Source: Antedon mediterranea (lineage: Eukaryota; Animalia; Echinodermata). From it: a DNA stretch of 64,000 nucleotides. This document shows positions 50,301 to 62,300 of this stretch, piece after piece (the stretch's first letter is position 1; the number at the start of each line of letters is the position of its first letter). Below the pieces are notes generated by a model, which worked only from the letters and a program-made list of their open reading frames with translations, had not been told where the DNA came from and searched no databases. The translations under genes were made by a program, and so were the position numbers. Location of the stretch: the NCBI RefSeq assembly GCF_964355755.1, contig NC_092672.1:26356437-26420436 (forward strand), in the 5' to 3' direction.

Positions 50301-53300
50301 TTTATAGTTTTCTATCTTCATTAACTGCTTACGAGAATTAATGTCGAATATGAACATGCATGCAACCATATTAATACCGCATGAATTTGTTCAGTGATCA
50401 CACTTTGCTATTCCAAAAGGACCATTTATTTTGATTAGCAAGTGGTGTGATTGTAACATTTCCAATGTCAATTTCAGTTAGATGTTTGTTTCTGATGAAG
50501 TTAACTTGTCTCACACTGTCGTTTTGCTTGATTTCTTTAGCTTTATTAATTTGATCTCTCAATGTAGTTAATACGCTTGATTTCATAGCAGTTGATGGTT
50601 CGCTGTTTAATAACTCATTTAAGGAATCAACATTTGTAGTTAATTTATCCTTGATTTCGTGAATTTGTCTAATTGGTGAATTATAACCTTCCCTTTCATT
50701 TGTATAAATTTCTATAACTTTTTTTGTCATTTCATCTCTTTTTTTCTTGATTGTTTGTACCATTTCTTGAACTGTGTTATCAATAACATTGAGACTTGTC
50801 TTTATACTTTCTTCTAATTTGTTAGTATTCTCTGAAACTACTTTCAGTACATTTTCCATTTTTTGTATGGATTCATTGGCGCTTTTCTTCAATTCTTCTG
50901 AAGTTTCCTTAAACATTTTAAATGCTGTTACAATATTAATGAGTTCATGTTTTCCATTCCCTGCTTCATGTTCCATTTCAGTACATTCTATGCATATTGG
51001 TACTTTACATTTTGTGCAATACATTTGTAATGGTTGAGAATGAGAAGGACATGTGGAAAGACTCAGGGCAGTGCATTCATTATCATCCTTCTTTTCATGT
51101 TGTTTGATAGTTTCTAAAAGGTTTTTAAGAAGTGTGTTTGGTGGGAGTTTTTGAAGCCCTCCAATCGGAAAAGAATCAATCTTGCGACAAGTGGGGCATG
51201 TTAGCTTTCCATTGGTGTCAACCCATTTCTTTAAACACTTTAGACAGAAACTATGATGGCAGCTTAGTGATTTTGGATCTTCTAGCCTTCCTTTGCAGAT
51301 GGAACATTCTAGTAATCTCTCATCAATATATTCTATTAAATCTTTGCTAGCCATCCTGCAATAATAATGAATAACAAATTATTTTGATACATCCTATAAA
51401 CTTTGACATGATAATTAAGATTCAAATACTAGGAGTATAGGTACAGTAAGATCTGACAAGGTCACAATAAAACCAACGGATACCATCTGATCTTTGAATG
51501 AAAAATTGTTAATGTTAATTATCTTTGTAAACAATCTTTGTTATTTTGAAATATCAAACTTTAAAAGAGTACAAAAAACATCGTAGCATTGTAAAAAATC
51601 AAAAATTGTCAGCGCGTACATATTTTTTCACAAACTATGATGACGTAATTTATGACCTATTTGATTGGTCAGTCAGTTTTACCAATCGTAACGTTGAAGT
51701 TGAACTCGGTTGAACTTTTAAAAAAAATTGAAGATTTTAACGATTTTTAATGTTGATTTGTACCCCCTTTTCCTGTAAAATCGTTGATAAAATCGTATGT
51801 AAACGCGCGCGGTGCATAATATATATTACAAAAGGGGTAAATCCGCCCCTGACAATATATTTTAAAAGTATCTGTTTGTTTTTGTTATTTTTCTATTTCA
51901 ATGAAACTATTTACTTCATATGCTGGTGTTCAATAATTAATGATACTTTTCTGCAGTAAGAGGGTGTTTCATCCTGAAATGTTTGTATCTGAGACAATTT
52001 CTAAATCAGTTAAACTAATATAAATGTAAAAAACCAAATTAAATATTGAATAAATAAAAGCAATTTATAATTGCAATTATTTATGCTAAATACCTTATAC
52101 TTTGCTGCTCAAAAGTTACTTTTAAAAATGTAAACTGATCTTTCTCAGAAATTGAATAAAGTTGGTTTTTCCACTTTGTAACTTCCTTTTATCACATGAC
52201 CAGAGCTGCATACTTTAATAAGATTTCAAAACCAGTCATGCAGAACATGACTAAATTTAAAACAGTTTTTTTTTTCAACATGTGTAGTATCCAATAGGAA
52301 GGACATGATTTATCAATTACAGAATGGAAACCAATTCTTGGCTTTTAAACAAACAACTTTTTTATACAAATTTAATCTTCTGAGATATGTTAAGTGTTTT
52401 CACAAACTTTTAACACTATCATATATTTTGAGAGAGTAACAATGTACACTTTTACACGCTAAATTTTAGCGAAAGTACTGCGATTGGTTATTTGAATTCC
52501 AGGGTATACATATGTGCAGAAAACTAAAAAAAAAACAAAAGCATTTTTATTTCAGGATTTTAATTCACAGCGCCTCCTGTAAAAACTCGGGAGATTTTTC
52601 ACAAATTGCCTTAATTGTCCCTCTAAAAAAAATTTTTTTTTTTATTTTTTTGTTGAATATCTTATTTTAATGTCACATAATAGTTATTCATTCTCACAAA
52701 ATTGGGTCTGAAAAAAATTTATTTAACTGTGAAAAATGTAATTTAAAGCAAACAATGGTCAAATTGTCTGGAAGACAATGAGTTTTTGGGTAATTTAACT
52801 GTTTATTTTGTCTTTTTATAGATGAAATAATTTTTTTCCCCCGTTTTTTTCTTCAAGTGGACAACTTCATTAAAACTGCAAAATGGCCTATTCAAAGTCC
52901 GATTTTAAAAATCTATATTTTTCATAATTTTGGGGGACAATACATCTTTAAATACTACTCAAACCTAATAGAATTTACCTTTAAAAACTCTCATTTGAAG
53001 TTTTGGCAGTGGCGCTGTTATAGTTCCAGTGCAAATAATGAGATTATTAGTATTAGATTATTTAGGATACGATAGAGAGGAAAATACTGTAGGTATAAAC
53101 AAGGGGAACATGTGTGTGTCAAAAATACCTTAATGCTTATTATGAAAGAGAAAATAATGTAAAAGTTAAGGAGGTGATATAAAATTAGTAATTAAGACTT
53201 TTTAAGAACATTTATTATACAGTTTTATTACCTCATTTGTACTGCAAGGTAAACCAATGTTTACACCATAAATCATAAACCAATACTACTCATTTTGGTT

Positions 53301-56300
53301 ACTGCATTATGCATTGTTCTTGTTTTTGTGTGTTTTCCAAATTACTATTCTTATTGTTTTATGCTAATAAACAACTCTAAATTGTATATATGACATTTCT
53401 TTATTACATTTATTTTTTTCTGTTTTTGTGTGAAATCTTTTTACGTTTTATTTAAAAGAGTCTTGTCAAAACCAAATTGTGAACTCTTTAAAAATACTTA
53501 TAAATGATGAATGAGAAATGTGAATAAATTATAAAGTAGAAAAGAATATTTGTCTGTTTGTTTGTTGTATTAAATGTTCCACACACATCAAATACAGTTG
53601 TACATTCTAATAAAACATAGATTAATTATGAATTAGATTAAGAGAAACATGAGTGTGGATGGAGGTCAAATAATTGTGAGAATACATATATTTTTCTGCA
53701 GGTCAAAGAGGATCCAGCTCGTAATGGTAGACTTCTGATGGACATCTCAGCAGGTTCACCAGTCATTCTCATTCCTCTGAGTTCCAAGTCAAAGGAGACA
53801 CTAGTTGCCAATCTTGGTCGTATTACTCTTAAGAACCAGTTCCTATTTGCTGGGGACCCAGGCACAATATCAGTGAAGAGTGCCGGTAAGAATCTTGTGT
53901 TTAGATCAACCAGGGTTACTGCATAAAATTCTTAAATTTGTTAATACTTTCATTATAACTTCATTCTGTGTCCGTAAATTAACCGTTAAATAACCGTTAA
54001 CAATTAACAGATAAAGTTCCTGTGGAAACAGGGTTTAACCAAACTTGTGTAAACACCCAAATTTCATAGGCTTCAATGTCAATCGTAAAATTAACCCTGA
54101 TAAATTATCTAAGCGTGAACAATGGTCAAATTTACAGATTGCCTAGGGTAAAGTTACCTTGGTTGAATTTACCAGTCCAGTGCAAACAAGGTGGTAAAGC
54201 AAAACTGAGCATGCAATGAGATGAGATTTTGTAGTATAACCAGACTATGTACTGTAATTTGCAATTTCATCTATTAATGAAAATGCAGGCAATTATTGGA
54301 ATCTCTCAAATCTGAGTCTGTTTTTGTGACAATTCTATTTACTTGATACTGTGCAATATATATATATATATATATGAGGGCGTATCAATTTGATCTCTGG
54401 TGCGCGTGCATACAACTGAGGACTAGTGCTGTTCCGCCGTACCACGCCGAGAATGTTAAAGAGTCGCTATCCAATCGAGTTCGAACAATACCATGAAAGC
54501 CCCAGTGGTCTAATGGTTAGGACATCTGCATATCAAGCAGGCGGTCCGAGTTCGAGTCTCGGTTGGGGCGACTTTTTCTCATTCTCACAGATTTCCTCAT
54601 CTTTATCGTTTCAAATTAATTAATTAAATTTCAGTATATCACCGGGCGGTTTAGAATTAATGTTCTTTGCCTATTGTGTTTATATATATATATATATATA
54701 TTTTATTTCTCTAACAATAGGATTATCCAGTTCCTTGTCACGACAGTCTTCCAGACTCTCTCAACAGGAGTCGGATCCATTAAGTCACATCTGTCTTCTG
54801 GATTGCATGAATCTTAGCCTTGAAGATATGGATCTGTTTCTTGGAAACTGCATTGATCATGCAGACTTTGACGCCAGAGATGAGACAGCTATGATCTTTC
54901 CGTCTATTGTTGTCTCAAGAAAGGTAAAGAAATAAAAATTAATTTATAAAGTTGAATGGGTAGAATATTTTTATGAGTTGAATAGAACAGTCAAGCAAAT
55001 TCAACAATCAAAAATAGTGTATTTTAAATAACATTCTTTCTAAAATCTTAGTCTTATATAAGATTTGTTTAACCATTGTGTTGTATTCAAACATTGAGAA
55101 TAGTCTTGGCATCACCATGGCCAATATTCAATTCAATCTTCTTCTTCAATTCTTCAATCTTTTATTTCGGAATCTCTGGTCCATAGAATAGAAGTAACAT
55201 TACGTATAAATTAACAAAAAAATACTGTTATGACTATAATTACAATAAGACACACTCTCATCTCAGGATGGTATTCCAACAAGCATCTTTTACTTTGACA
55301 TTGAGACTAAACATTTTCTACACATCGGGTCATATCAATTTTCTTTAAAATAGTAATAATAATGACTAGATTTCAAATTGTGAGAACTGGTGAACTACTG
55401 TAAAAACTAGAGTGAGGAAGCATATTGCAACTTCTCTGCATACGCAAAGTGAGTTGACATGGCCTACAGTATTTACTGTAAGGTATTCGTCATTGCAAAT
55501 CAAACGCTACCTGTTTAGTTAATACAGTATACTATTAAACATTTTAATTTGAATCTCAATTTGTTAAGTACTCTTTTTTTTATAGGGTCCACCGCTTCTG
55601 AAGCAAACTTGTCTGTTAAAACTCCAAGTAGAGAGGAATCTAGATGTTGACATTAGTAGAACAGGTTTGAAACTTTTAAATCAATAATACAATACATAGA
55701 AGATTTAGAATTCCCATCTTAGTGTCTTTTTTCACAAGCACATTATTTTATTGTAATACTAATTTGTTTTTCTTTAGTGCCTGACATCAGTATCAGTGGA
55801 GTGCTATCATCCGTCCACTGCTCAATTGATACGTCTCAGTATCATTTGATCAGAGGCATGCTGGACCATAACCTAGGAGAACATTTAGAAGAATTTCAAC
55901 CAATACAGCGCCCTCAAGCACCTATCAACCAGGTAAAATAAACTTTGGAGCCCAATGACTTTATTCACTGTTTACAAGGATAACATCCTTACAATTACAG
56001 TTTAACAAATCCCAAATGATTACCACTTTTAACAGGAAATTCTTTAATATTTATTGATTTAAATGAAATACTTTTATGTAAGAGAAATATCACAATGTGA
56101 TTGCTGGTGAATTCCAGCAGTTACACTCATAGATACTATAGACCCTTCTAGACATTGTATTGTCAGCTACTCTACAAAGCTAGTTTGACACAAGTTCATT
56201 ATCGCCTGGCAACATGAGAAACATGTAAGCCATGTTTTGACAACAAAATCTTCACATTCACATCTCACAACAAATCTAAAACTTTACTTTCAGACCGTTC

Positions 56301-59300
56301 TAAGTGGGCAAGTCTGGACAAGTTTATCTATGCATATTGATCTAATGAATGTGACCCTTGAACTCTTGGAGTCGCATAGTACAGCTGAACAACAAGAAGG
56401 CTCATTAGTAGAAATTAATTTTATCAAGTCACGATTCTCGTTTGAAAGTTTCTCTAACGAATCCAAGACGGTTGATTTGGTGTCTCACGCACTACGTGCT
56501 CACGATACAAGACAAAGAGGTAATTTCTTAATAAAAAGTTATGATCATAAATTATGCCTACTTTATGAAAATGCTTTCACCTTTACATGTAGATCTGTAA
56601 GTAATTAAAATAAATTTTTACAGAATATTATTTCATATTTCTTAGGAAAACCTGAATCTTCATGGGGTAATGTTTTTCACGAAATTCTGACGCCCTCAAA
56701 GCATAACCAACAGGCAAGTCAGAATCCCTTACAGATGGAGCTTCACTATGCGTCACGACCCGACCACACACGTGCCACGTTGCTTCTTAACAATATGCGG
56801 GTTATGTGTATATTAGATATTTGGCTTGCTGCTAAGGACTTTTTACTTAGTTATAATGCACAGATGGTACTTCCACGTAAGTACATTTTTGAAGATTTGA
56901 ACAATGAATTGACACAATATTAATTAATGATGATTGTTTATGATGTTTTAACATGCTTCAACAATTAACAAGTTTAAGAGGAGTATTTTTCTAGAAAAAT
57001 GCAGATTTTTTTAAGCCTTGTCACCATTTTAGGACATTTTTTAAACATAACTTGGAGTGTTAAAATAAATCCTTGAGATTTCATATCAATCCCAGACTCA
57101 GGGGTTAATCCTAGGGTCTTCAGATTAATCCTGGGTTCTTCAGAATAATCCTGGGTCTTCAGATTAATTCAGGGGTCTTCAGATTAATCCAGGGGTCTTC
57201 AGATTAATCCAGGGGTCTTCAGATTAATCCAGGGGTCTTCAGATTAATCCCATGGTCTTCAAATTAATCCCAGGGTCTTCAGATTAATCCCAGGGTCTTC
57301 AGATTAATCCCAGGGTCTTCAGATTAAAGAAGAGACTACAAAATGAATTATCAATCATGGAAACTTCTGATATTTTCTGAAAACTTATTCATAATGAATT
57401 GATTTACTCATTCAGCCGAACATAGGTATTTATACCAGCCTCCTACTGTAACAACCGGTACAAACTCTGCCGCTGAAGGAAGACCATTTGAAGTAAAGTC
57501 TGAATCTAAATCATCAAAACAAAAAAGATCAACAACACCAATCAGTGTGGCATCTGGTATTGCTACTAAAAGAGTGCCACCAATGCATCAGGTATGTGCA
57601 TTAAAGACAATATGTACTGCATTTCACTGCTACAATACTCCACACAACTTTCAATGCTTACATTGGTGCAATCACCTTAAAGCAGACTTGCTCTTGAAAA
57701 TGTATTTCAATTATAATTATGCCTTGCAACTCGTCATCACTAAAGCATCATAACTATACAGTTCATCAGAACAAAGCATCTAGCACCGGTACTTAATGTA
57801 TTTACCCAATAAAAAGAAAACTTTTGATATGTTAATAATGAAGATGAATAAAATGGAATTTGAATTAAATAGAGAGAAAACAAATATTATTTATTTTTTA
57901 CTCAGGTCATCAATAAATATAGGGTAAGCTAAGTTGTCGCATATCAGCTATAAAAAGCTATGTTTTTAATACATAGGCCTTAATATGTCTTTGCTTTTTA
58001 CATTGCATATGGTTCTTTTTTTATATATATCGTGATAGTATTTAATTATATTAATTTGTGGCTATGACTTAAAGATTCTTTGCAATCTTATTTTGGTGAC
58101 CTACCACACACTTACATACTTGTATCTTTCAATTATTTGTCTTTGTATTAAAATGTGTGTGGTAAACGAATGAAACAAACAAAAAAACAATGTGTGGTGT
58201 GGGAAAACTTTTCTTTAATATGTATTCTTGCTGTACAAGCCTTCAAATAAGAATCTATTTTTTTTATAGAATGAAAAAACGTTTGAGTTACGTCTAAACT
58301 TTACAGAGACTGAGTTTGTGGTTGTGGAAGATCCATCATTCATTGATACAGATGCTATTATACTCAAGGTAAAATATTTAATTGAGTTTCAAATTTAGAA
58401 AAATTTGTTCTCAGTCTGGAACATTATCATAACACATGTGCTAATGCACTACTTCCACAGTCAATTAACCCAGTGAAACAACAACACGGATACAATAAAA
58501 TAAAGTTTGTAGATAGTAAACTGATGAAGTATAGCTGTGACTTGGACAAACTGTCTTGGAAAAACGTAAGTTTTACACTAAAACCAGATGAAATTGTTTA
58601 CACTTAATAATTATACCCATGTTGTTCACCAGGGTTAATTGACTGTGGATGTAAAATTACATGAGTGAGTTGAGTGGTCGCGCGGTTAAGACAGTGGAAC
58701 CGTAATTACGTAGCCATAACATCGGCAGGGGTTTGAGGCTCACTGACTCCATGGTTCTGGTGGTAGAACAAGTCTTCTCGGATAAGGACTATAAACCGTA
58801 GGTCCAGTGTACACATCTAGTTCGTGTGCACTTTAAAGAACCTAGTACATCTTTCGAGACGAGTAGGGGGTTACCCCGGTGTATTTAGTACATCACAGCC
58901 ATTATGGACCATTGCTTAGAGTTTGTGGTGTATGACAAAGTTAGGCGTTGGCTTGTTTTTTTTATCAATAAGTAGAATGAGGTTACGTTTGTTACTTCCT
59001 ATAATTCTTTGGAAATTTTATTCAGTAGGGTATTTGCAGTATAAGTTAAATATCTTTCTTATTTTTGATAAATTGATATAATTTCTATTTTCTTACACAA
59101 TGATAAAATAGAAAATGTACCATTTAAAGGCAAAACAATAGAACAAATAACAAAAAATTGATTTAATAATCGACTGATAGTAATTTTAAATAGTTGATAA
59201 AGATAAGACTGATATTTTACTTATAATAGTTCAAACGTCCAACTGAATTAATTTCTGGCGAATATAGGAATGATTTACCAATCAGAATTCCTGGGCTGAC

Positions 59301-62300
59301 CTAAAAGGTATCGATTTCTGAGTATAATTCAAGGCCTTAAAAATAAGAATCTATTTCTATCTAGTTGCATCAGTAGTGTGAGTTCTTATACTTCAACTAA
59401 TTCATTATCATAAGAATACATTATGTTCACATTTCCCAGGTTGCCTGTGCAGTGACCTCTCTGAAACCAGAGAGCATGTCGCATCCATTTTCGTGCACTT
59501 TACAAGAGCTTGAAGTGTTCTCTTGTCGGATGGGCTCTGAGACAAACACCGCCCTCTCTATTATCGATCCGATCACTGTGAATGTTGAACTAAAGGCTAA
59601 CCATACTCACTTACATGGACGTAGTGGAGGTTTATTGGATGCAACCCTTGACATGGATGTTCCCACAAGCCTTGAGGTAAGTTAGCACTGCAGTTACACT
59701 GGCTGCAAATGTGATAGATCTCTTTTTTGTGGAAATCATTGTATGGTTCTCAATACCAAATTCAAAATTATTTTTCAGGCCGGGAAATTCATGACAAATT
59801 TGGTTTATATTGTATTATGAAATGTTCAATAACAAAAATGAATAGAAATATAGAATCACATTTTGTTTTTTAACACTACACATTATTTCAACTTGTTATG
59901 ATAACGTTTTTAAAAGTCAAGGAAAGGTCATCAAATTTTGGCTAGAAATGTCATGGAAAGTAAATCTTGAGAAAGTACATGAACCCCGTAGCAATCTGCT
60001 GAGGTTGACACACTAGGGACTTTTAGATTTTCACGTCGACTATGTTGACTTCTACCATATTACGTCATTTTTATGATATGCGTACACCCCTACGTTCAGA
60101 ATGAATACAGGACTCACCTCACACGCTAGGAAACTGGTACGTCGACTGACAGATTTGAGCACGTAAATGTCCACTTAATCTAAATGTTCATACAGTATAT
60201 CTGTCGACGGGAACAGTCGACTACGACCCATGTGGATGTGGCCGTCGATTTCAAGGTCTAGGTGACAAGCATTATTGACACATCATTTTTGTTACCTAGG
60301 TAGGTCATGCTCTGTATTATAAGTCGACCTGTCAAATAGCTCTTAATAATTACTGCTTTGAAGATGAATTATTATGATCGTAGTATTTTGTTTATAGGTA
60401 CATTTTCAAGGTCCACTTACTATCCGTGTATCTTACCATGATGTCAATCTATTTCAAAGTCTTTTGAAGTCCCTTCAAACACAAATGGTACAGTCCAACG
60501 AAACAATAGAACTTGCAGATGAGAAGAAGAAAGAGTTATTAGGTATGATAATAATCCACTACTATTGTAGCATTTATTTTGTCCATAACAATTGGAAATT
60601 CATTTCCATTTACTACTCTATGACATTTAAAATATAAAATGTCTAAGACATTAAACAATGTTTACACAACTATATTTATTAATATGATACCATAAATATA
60701 TTTACATAAATAATTAAAGACATCTACTGTACTGTTAATTTAGAGAGGAATAATGGTGCAGTGCTGAAATTGCTAATTGTGTAATAACTTCTTTGGATTT
60801 TAGTAAACTCTTTATGCAAAATTACCTACATAGTATAATTTGTATATTGTATTATTAAAAAAAAAAAACCTACTTTGGCCATTTTTCGCAAAAAATCCCT
60901 GTACTATTTTTCCAAAAATGGCCAAAATGGGTATTTTTTTTTAATAAGCTTTTTTGTATTCAGTAATCCAAATATGGTTAATAATAAACATTTTTTTTTT
61001 TCTACAAAGTACCTAAATTACTAGAGCTTGGTTTTGCCTATAAGGATTGTATGAGAGCATTGGAAGAAAGTAACAACTCAATTGATGAAGCTGCCAATTG
61101 GCTGCTGGAGAATGCCACGCCCATCAAAGTTGTGGAGAAAAAAGAGAGCAGTGATGAAGAGAAAAAGAAACTAGAAGTTGCAGGAGTTGAGGTCCGTATA
61201 GTTTGGTATGTCTAAATATGGTAATACAAATTTACCATATATGACCATGTATAATCCCATGCTCAAGTATAATCCCATCCACTAATTTAGGCTAAATTCG
61301 GACAGAAGAATCCTACCTATATTGCAATTTTATATCCAGGCACCCCCTAGACATATAAATTATAAAATATATATTATTTTACACAATACATTTGTTATGG
61401 TATAGTCCGATCAGATAGCAAAACCAACAAATGTTTGTTGTTGTCATGACCATACATGCCCTTACCTTACCTCGACTCTATCATTTCCTGTAGCCCTCCT
61501 CTACACAAGTCACAAGTCACATATGATATGTCATCCTTCCAACTGCGTTCTTGACTTCTTTTGTCGATTATCTGTTGTCTTCTCTTCTTGCTATATGACC
61601 TGCCCATACCCATTTTACTTCTTTTACATTATATTTCATACCTTCATTTTTTTAATGTCTTAAATTTTTAACTAATATAATAACTTTATTTCTGTGAAAC
61701 TTAGGTACGTGCAGTATCTATTTCCATCTGTCTAATTGATGACTGTCGTGATATTGACATACCACTAATGGAGCTGTCGATGCAGAACTTGCATTTTTTC
61801 CAGAAGTTGCTACCCAGCATTGAGGGGCAGGCTAGCTGTACACTGGTGGGAGAATATTACAACCGCAGCCTATCAGGATGGGAACCTTTTCTAGAACCTT
61901 GGAAGTAGGCATATCAGACTTGTTATTTATCTACCATACAATTTGAGCTCCATTCCAATGGTTAGGAATAGCATTTTGCTAATCAAAAAAACAAGGAAAA
62001 CGTTAAAAACAAACTCACACCCTTCCCACACCCTATTTAAAAAAAACATGTGAAATCACAGGGTTTTATCCAGGGAACACAGTAAGAAAACACATGAAAA
62101 CCAAGATAAACTAAAAACAGATGAGATAACATTAAGCCTTGTAAAAATTTATTCACCGCCAATAATGTTTTTTAAGAAGTGTTATAATACATTATCATTT
62201 ATTTTAGGTGTAAGGGAGAATGGATCTACCAACAAAAAAGAACTTCATATCCATCAAAGCTATTCATACAAATAAAAGGTAATATTATGCACAGTAGTAA

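Noticed and set aside
60014-60262. GTCGAC-rich segment starting TAGGGACTTTTAGAT, a possible MITE
   Set aside because: Could not identify a matching right TIR or target duplication with confidence.
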